From positions 1 through 10,109 of the forward strand of contig JBGPXN010000168.1 in NCBI GenBank assembly GCA_041492755.1: 10,109 nt of DNA, read 5' to 3'. Origin of the DNA: Candidatus Methylomirabilia bacterium. Lineage in GTDB: Bacteria; Methylomirabilota; Methylomirabilia; Rokubacteriales; CSP1-6. A model generated the notes under the pieces. It was given only the letters and a program-made list of their open reading frames with translations. It was not told where the DNA came from and did no database searches. Position numbers and translations under genes: made by a program. Of the stretch, positions 1-6,800 are shown piece by piece. How positions within the stretch are numbered: position 1 is the stretch's first letter; each line of letters begins with the position of its first letter.

Positions 1-10
1 GGCGGCTGAT

Positions 11-463
11 CTACGCGTCTCGATGCCGGGTCAGGAAACGGTCGAGGTGATTGGCGAAGAGCTGCCGGTTGCTCTGGTTGAACGGGGCCGGGCCGCCGAT
101 GAGAGCGCCGGTGGAGCGCAGCTCTTGCATGAGGTTGCGGATGGCCAGGCGCTCGCGGACGTTGTCCTCCGAGTACAGCTCTCCTCGCGGGTCGAGCGCG
201 TGCGCTCCACGCGCGATCACTTCCGCGGCCAGGGGTATGTCAGCCGTGATCACCAGGTCCCCGGGCTGGATCTGCTGCACAATCTCGTCGTCGGCGACGT
301 CGAAGCCCTTCGCCACGCGGACGCTCCTGATGAAGAGGGAAGGGGGGACGCGCAGCGGTGTGTTGGCGACGAGCGTCGTCAGGATCTGCGCGCGCTCGGC
401 GGCTCGGAACAGGATCTCCTTAATGACCTGGGGGCACGCATCAGCGTCGACCCAGATGTGCAC
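11..463 (-). CDS. yaiI: YaiI/YqxD family protein (UPF0178/DUF188), 150 aa
   Basis: Family-diagnostic motifs in the translation: N-terminal [24 protein letters not shown] and F-x-NHLDR near the C-terminus. GTG start (463-461), TAG stop (13-11). Length is typical for the family. Confidence 0.93.
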   Translation of the reverse strand: MHIWVDADACPQVIKEILFRAAERAQILTTLVANTPLRVPPSLFIRSVRVAKGFDVADDEIVQQIQPGDLVITADIPLAAEVIARGAHALDPRGELYSEDNVRERLAIRNLMQELRSTGALIGGPAPFNQSNRQLFANHLDRFLTRHRDA

Positions 464-484
464 TCAGCGCCTGCGCGAGGTCAT
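464..484 (-). CDS. Possible micro-ORF MTSRRR (extendable to MPRRSFMTSRRR from ATG at 502), in frame with and directly abutting yaiI
   Basis: Minus strand reads GGAG(495-492)-7 nt-ATG ACC TCG CGC AGG CGC TGA, then GTG(yaiI). Support is SD spacing and stop-start adjacency only; no homology evidence. Confidence 0.25.
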   Translation of the reverse strand: MTSRRR

Positions 485-492
485 GAAGGATC

Positions 493-528
493 TCCGGGGC
501 ATGATTCAAGGTAATACCATGCCCCGGA
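493..528. repeat. Perfect 11-bp inverted repeat with a 14-nt AT-rich spacer (candidate operator or RNA hairpin)
   Basis: TCCGGGGCATG (493-503) / ATTCAAGGTAATAC / CATGCCCCGGA (518-528). The arms are exact reverse complements. Function is unknown. Confidence 0.8.
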
Positions 529-557
529 AGGGAGAACCGGTCAGATGGTGACGCGTG

Positions 558-566
558 TGTTACCCT
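558..566 (+). promoter_or_regulatory. Candidate extended -10 element for the wHTH-cgs transcript
   Basis: TG-T-TACCCT fits TGnTAnnnT, about 100 nt upstream of ATG 664. No convincing -35 box. Confidence 0.3.
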
Positions 567-615
567 CACGTCGCTACCACCTCGGCCTTCATGGCTGACG
601 CGCCTGGCGTCGAGA

Positions 616-657
616 CCCGGGTGACGTGGCGTTCACGCGAACTCATCGCCCCGGGGG
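616..657 (+). promoter_or_regulatory. Imperfect leader hairpin overlapping the ribosome-binding site of the 664 ORF
   Basis: CCCGGG(616-621) pairs with CCCGGG(650-655), UGA(622-624) with UCG(646-648), UGG(627-629) with UCA(643-645) and GUUC(631-634) with GAAC(639-642); the loop is ACGC. The G-rich SD GGGGG (653-657) lies 6 nt before ATG 664 and is partly in the stem. Confidence 0.4.
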
Positions 658-663
658 ACCACC

Positions 664-864
664 ATGTACTTTTCGACGTCGATCGCTGTCTGGACCGACC
701 TCGATGCTGACGTCCTCCGCTGCCTGGTCGCGCGACAGGGCGAGATGACGCCGGCTGCGATCGGTCGGGACCTCGGCATGTCGGAGCACGCGGTGTGCTC
801 GATCCTCGGCATGCTCGCCGAGACCGGAAGGGTCCGGATCTGTTCCGTGGAGAAGATCCTGTAA
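664..864 (+). CDS. Small stand-alone winged helix-turn-helix-like protein, 66 aa
   Basis: ATG with a G-rich SD and GC-rich third codon positions. The pattern DLDADVLRCL-x4-GEMTPAAIGRDLGMSEHAV-x-SILGMLAETGRVRI matches the helix1-turn-helix2-helix3-wing layout of MarR/AsnC/IclR-type wHTH domains. Confidence 0.75.
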   Translation: MYFSTSIAVWTDLDADVLRCLVARQGEMTPAAIGRDLGMSEHAVCSILGMLAETGRVRICSVEKIL

Positions 865-3800
865 GCGCCTGGCAGTCTCTCGAAGACCCGATCCGCGCCG
901 AGCTCTTCGGCATCGAGCGCCTCGAGCAGCACGCCGAGAGCCTGGCGGCCGCCCAGGGTGTCGTGGCGGGCAGGGGCCGGCGGCTGTTGCCGCGCGTCGA
1001 GGACAACGGTCGCGTGCTCCGCGAGTCGTACCGCGTGATCGCCAGCGCGATCCGCGAGGAGCGCGCGATCACCCCGGCGGCCGAATGGCTCGTCGACAAC
1101 TTCCACGTCGTGGACGAGCAGCTGCGCGAGATCCGCGACGACCTGCCGCCCGGGTTCTATCGGGAGCTGCCCAAGCTGGTCGAGGGACCGCTCGCCGGCT
1201 ATCCCCGCGTGTACGGCATCGCCTGGGCATTCGTCGCCCATACCGATAGCCGGCTCGATCCCGAGCTGCTCCGGCGGTTCCTGCACGCGTACCAGCGCGT
1301 GCAGCCGCTGACCATCGGCGAGCTGTGGGCGGTGGCGATCACGCTGCGCGTCGTCCTCGTCGAGAATCTCCGGCGCCTGGCCGAGAGCATCGTCCGCGGG
1401 CGGGCCGCGCGCCAGGAGGCCGATGCCCTGGCCGACGAGCTGCTCGGCGTCGGCGATGACGGCGCCGTCGCGCCGACGGCCGGGGGCCTCGCGCGCTTCG
1501 AGAGCAGCCGGCTGGTCACCGCCTTCGCGGTGCAGCTCGTCCAGCGCCTGCGGGAGCAGGATCGCGCGGTGACTCCGGCGCTCCTCTGGCTCGATCAACG
1601 GCTGGAGGCGCAGGGGACGACATCCGACGACATCGTCCGCGTCGAGCATCAGCGGCAGGCCGCGATGAACGTGACCGTCCGCAACGTGATCATGAGCATG
1701 AGCCTGATGTCCGCGCTGGACTGGACGGAGTTCTTCGAGTCCGTCAGCCTCGTCGACGAGGTGCTGCAAGCGGGGCCGAGCTACGCCGCGATGGACTTCG
1801 CGACCCGCGACGCTTATCGGCATGCGGTCGAAGAGTTCGCGCGGGGCTCAGGGCGGCACGAGCTGCAAGTCGCGCGGGCGGCCATGGCGTACGCGCACCG
1901 CCCGGACGGGGCGGACGACGACCGGCGGAACGATCCCGGCTTCCATCTCATCGGCCCCGGGCGCCTGGCCTTCGAGCTGACGCTTGGCTACCGAGCGCCG
2001 CCGATGCTCCGGCTGCTTCGCGCCTACCTCGGGGCGGCGACGCCCGGATATCTGGGAACGATCGCCGTCCTCAGTGGCGTCATGTTCACGCTGCCCCTCC
2101 TTGCCGCAGGTGCATCCGGCGTCGGCCCGGTGAGCCTGCTCGTGCTTGCGCTTCTGGCCGTCGTCCCGGCCTCGGACCTGGCCATCGCTCTGCTGAATCG
2201 AAGCGTCACCGCCCTCGTCAGGCCGGGAGTGCTGCCCCGGCTCGAGCTGCGCGACGGCGTGCCGCCACACCTGCGAACCATGGTCGTGGTGCCGATGCTG
2301 TTGGCCGGCGGCACCGAAGTCGAGGAGCAGATCGAGCGGCTCGAAGTGCATTACCTGGCGAATCCGGACGGTGATCTCCACTTCGCCATCCTCTCCGACT
2401 GGACGGATGCGACCACGGAGAACGTGCCGGGTGACGACGAGACTCTAGCGGCGGCGCGCGAGGGGATCGCGCGCCTGAACCGACGTCACGGCGCCGCGCC
2501 GGATGGCGGTGAGCGATTCCTCCTCTTCCATCGCCGGCGGCTCTGGAACGCGCGGGAGCGCGTGTGGATGGGGTGGGAGCGCAAGCGGGGCAAGCTGCAC
2601 GAGCTGAATCGTCTCCTGCGAGGGGCGACCGACACGAGCTTCCTGCCCCCGGGCGCGGTGGCGCCCGCCGGCATCCGCTACGTCATCACCCTCGACGCCG
2701 ACACGCGGCTGCCCAGAGGCGCGGTCGATCGGCTGGTCGGCACGATGGCGCATCCCCTCAATCGGCCGCGGTTCGATCCGGGCGGGCAGCGCGTCGTCGA
2801 AGGATACGCCGTGCTTCAGCCGCGCGTGACGCCGCCGCTGCCCGGGCGCGAGGGCTCGTTCTTTCAGCGTCTGTCGTCCGGCCCGGCCGGCATCGACCCC
2901 TACGCGGCGGCGGTGTCGGACGTGTACCAGGACCTCTGGGGCGAGGGGTCGTACACCGGCAAAGGCATCTACGACGTGGACGCCTTCGAGGCGGCGCTGG
3001 CGGGACGGGTGCCGGAGAACGCGCTCCTGAGCCACGATCTCTTCGAAGGCGTGTTCGCGCGCGCCGGTCTGGTGACCGACGTCGAGCTGTTCGAGAGCGC
3101 CCCATCGCATTACGGCGTGGCGGCGGCGCGCCAGCATCGATGGGCGCGCGGCGACTGGCAGCTGCTTCCGTGGATCCTCGGGCGTCGGATCCCGGTGATC
3201 GGACGCTGGAAGATGCTGGACAACCTGCGTCGCACGGTGTCGGCGCCGGCCGCCTTTCTGACGCTCGTCGTCGCGTGGATGGTGCCGGGCACATCGCCCA
3301 CGATGTGGAGCGGGTTCATCGTCGCCACCGTCGCCTTGCCATTGCTATTGCCGGTCCTGGGCGGCGTGATCCCCCACCGGCACGGCATTTCGAAGCGCAG
3401 CTACGCCCGCGCGGTGGGCAGGGACGTCGTGCTGGCCGCCTCGCAAATCGGGCTCACGCTCACGATGCTGACGTACCAGGCCTGGCTGATGGGTGACGCC
3501 ATCGTGCGGACGCTCGTCCGCGTGTACGTCACGCGGCGCCGGCTGCTGGAATGGATGACCGCGGCGCAGGCGAAAGCCGGTCTGCGTCTGGATCTCGGTG
3601 GGTTCTGCCGTCGCATGGCCGGCGGGGTTGCGCTCGCTGTCGCCGCGGGAGCCGCCGTCGCGTGGGGACGACCGGAGGCCTGGACGGCCGCGCTGCCCTT
3701 TCTGCTGCTGTGGGCCGCGGCGCCCGCGGTGGCGCGCTGGATCAGCGTGCCGCGGAGCACCGCGCCCGCCCGGCCGCTCTCGGCGGCGGATGCGCGGGCC

Positions 3801-6800
3801 CTCCGCCTGGTCGCGCGCCGGACATGGAGGTTCTTCGCGACCTTCGTCGGTCCCGACGACCACGCGCTGCCGCCCGACAACTTCCAGGAAACGCCGAGCC
3901 CGGTCGTGGCGCATCGCACGTCGCCCACGAACATCGGACTGTATCTGCTGTCCACGGTGGCCGCGCACGATTTCGGTTGGCTCGGGGCGCTCGACACCGT
4001 CGAGCATCTCGAGGCCACGCTCGAGACGATGAACGCGCTCGAACGCTTCCGCGGCCACTTCTACAACTGGTACGACACGAAGCACTGCTATCCGCTCGAG
4101 CCGAAGTACGTCTCGTCGGTCGACAGCGGAAACCTCGCCGGCCATCTCATCGCGCTCGCCCACGCCTGTGAGGAGATGATCGACCGCCCGGTCCTCCACC
4201 GCGCGGCACTCGGGGGAATCGAAGACACCGCGCTGCTCGTCCGCCTGTCGGCCCTCGAGGCCAGCGGCGATGCCCGCCCCCGCACGCTCACGTACGAGCG
4301 CCTGGACGAGGCCCTCGACGCCGTCACGGCGGCCGTGCAGGAGCCTCCGGGCGATTCCTCCGAGTGGGCGTCCCGGCTCGCGGCGCTGAAAGCCCATGCT
4401 CGCACGGTGATGGACAGCGCGCGTGCGCTGGCGGACGAAGAGCCCGGGAGCGCGTACGCGGACGTGCTCGTCTGGGCGAAGGCGCTCTGCGTCACCGTCG
4501 ACAGCCACGTGGGCGATCTTGGCGTGGCCGACACGCTCGCTCGTCGTCAGACGCTCCTCGCCCGGAGCGCGCGGGCCATGGCTGGCGCCATGGACTTCGG
4601 CTTTCTCTTCGATCCCATGCGGAAGCTGTTCGCCATCGGGTACCGCGTCACCGACGGTGCCCTCGATTCGAGTCGCTACGACCTCCTCGCATCCGAAGCG
4701 CGTGTCGCGAGCTTTGTCGCGATCGCGAAGGGCGACGTTCCCGTGTCGCACTGGTTCCGGCTTGGCCGTGCTCTCACGCCGGTGGAACAGGACTCGGTGC
4801 TCGTGTCGTGGTCGGGATCGATGTTCGAATACTTGATGCCGGCCCTCGTCATGCGGGCGCCGGCGGGGAGCCTGCTCGAACAGACCGCGCGCCTCGTCGT
4901 GGGCCGGCAGATCACCTACGGCGCCGAGCGCGGGGTGCCGTGGGGCGTGTCGGAGTCGGGCTACAACGTGCGAGATCTGGAGATGACCTACCAGTATTCG
5001 AACTTCGGCGTGCCGGGGCTCGGACTGCGACGCGGACTGAGCGAGGACGTCGTCATCGCGCCCTACGCGACGGGCCTGGCGGCTATGATCGATCCGACGG
5101 CGGCGATGCAAAACTTCCGGCGTTTGGCCGCCGCGGGGGGCAGTGGCGCCTACGGCTTCTACGAAGCGCTCGACTACACCGCGGCTCGGCTTCCGGAAGC
5201 GGACGAGGTCGCGGTGGTTCGCGCGTACATGGCGCACCACCAGGGCATGGTGGTGGTGGCGATCGCGAACGCGCTGCACGATGGCGCGATGCGCGCGCGC
5301 TTCCATGCCGAGCCGAGTGTCCAGGCCACCGAGCTGCTCCTTCAAGAACGGACGCCGCGTGACGTGGCGGTCGCCCGGCCGCGCGCGGAGGAGGTGCACG
5401 CCGTGGGCGACGTGCGCGAGTTCGTTCCGCCGGTCGAGAGGTCCTTTACCACGCCGCACGGCTCGCTGCCGCGCACCCAGCTGCTCTCGAATGGCCGGTA
5501 CGCGGTGATGCTGACGACGGCGGGCTCCGGATACAGCCGCTGCCGCGATCTCGCCATCACCCGGTGGCGGGAAGACGTCACGCGCGACGCGTGGGGCACC
5601 TACGTGTTCCTGCGCGACGTCGCCAGCGGCGAGAGCTGGTCGGCCGGCTACCAGCCGCGCGGCAGCGAGCCGGACAGTTACACGGTCACGTTCTCCGAGG
5701 ATCGGGCGGAGATCGTCCGGCGAGACCGCGCCATCGGGACCACCCTCCAGGTGATCGTGTCGCCGGAGGACGATGCCGAGGTGCGGCGCGTCTCGCTCAC
5801 GAACTTCGGGACGAGGAGCCGGGAGATCGAGCTGACGTCGTACGCCGAAGTCGTGCTGGCGACGCCGGCGGCGGACGCGGCCCACCCCGCGTTTTCGAAC
5901 CTGAGCGTGGAGACGGAGTGCGTCCCCGAGCTCGACACGCTGCTGGCGACACGGCGGCCACGGTCACGCGGCGAGGCCCCGGTGTGGCTGGCCCACGTGG
6001 TGGTCGTCGAAGGCGAGACGGTGGGCGATCTGGAGTGGGAGACCGACCGGGCCCGGTTCCTTGGCCGCGGGCGCCAGATCCGGACACCAGCGGCAGTGAT
6101 CGACGGCCGGGCCCTTTCCAACACGATCGGCGCGGTGCTCGATCCGGTCGTGAGCCTCCGGCGCCGCGTGCGGCTTCCGCCGGGCGACACCGCGCGGATC
6201 ACCTTCTCGACGCTCGTAGCACCGTCGCGTGCCGAGGCCCTCGGCCTGGCCGAGAAGTATCGCGATGCGTCGACGTTCGATCGCGTCGCGACGCTGGCGT
6301 GGACGCAGGCGCAGGTTCAACAGCACTACCTCGGCATCGGCCCCGACGAGGCACACCTCTTCCAGAGCCTGGCCAGCCGCATCGTCTACTCGGACCGGGT
6401 GCTCCGGCCCGCGGCGGACGTGCTCGCGCGTCATACGGGGGGCCCCCAGGCGTTGTGGGCACATGGGATCTCGGGGGACCTCCCGATCGTCCTGGTTCAG
6501 ATCGACGAGCCGGAGGACGTCGGCCTCGTGCGGCAGCTTCTCCGCGCGCACGAGTATTGGCGGATGAAGCAGCTCGCCGTCGACCTGGTCATCCTGAACG
6601 AGCGCGCGCCGTCCTACGTTCAAGATCTTCAATCGTTGCTGGAGACACTCCTCCGCACGAGCCAGTCGGCGGGGACCCACGACGGACCGGAGCCGCACGG
6701 GAAGGTGTACATCGTCCGGGCGGATCGCGTGACGGCGCCACAACGGGACGTGCTGCAGTCCGTCGCGCGGGCGGTGCTGTCGAGCCGGCGCGGCACGCTG

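Noticed and set aside
1..10. GGC GGC TGA at 1-9 as the end of a convergent plus-strand gene
   Set aside because: Only three codons are visible, so it cannot be supported.
23..551. Plus-strand ORFs 23-514 and 51-551
   Set aside because: Antisense to the well-supported yaiI gene, with no family motifs.
526..580. GGAAGGGAGAACCGGTCAGA resembles the AGGGAA-CGGTG core of cobalamin riboswitches
   Set aside because: The downstream AAnTCCG and CCCnGCnACTGT elements and the B12 box are missing, and the gene context does not fit.
3345..5885. 846-aa minus-strand ORF, and other long antisense ORFs (633-1823, 2445-3137, 5964-6824, 6876-8420, 8427-8993)
   Set aside because: They lie opposite cgs, have no recognisable motifs, and are the stop-poor shadows expected from high-GC codon bias.
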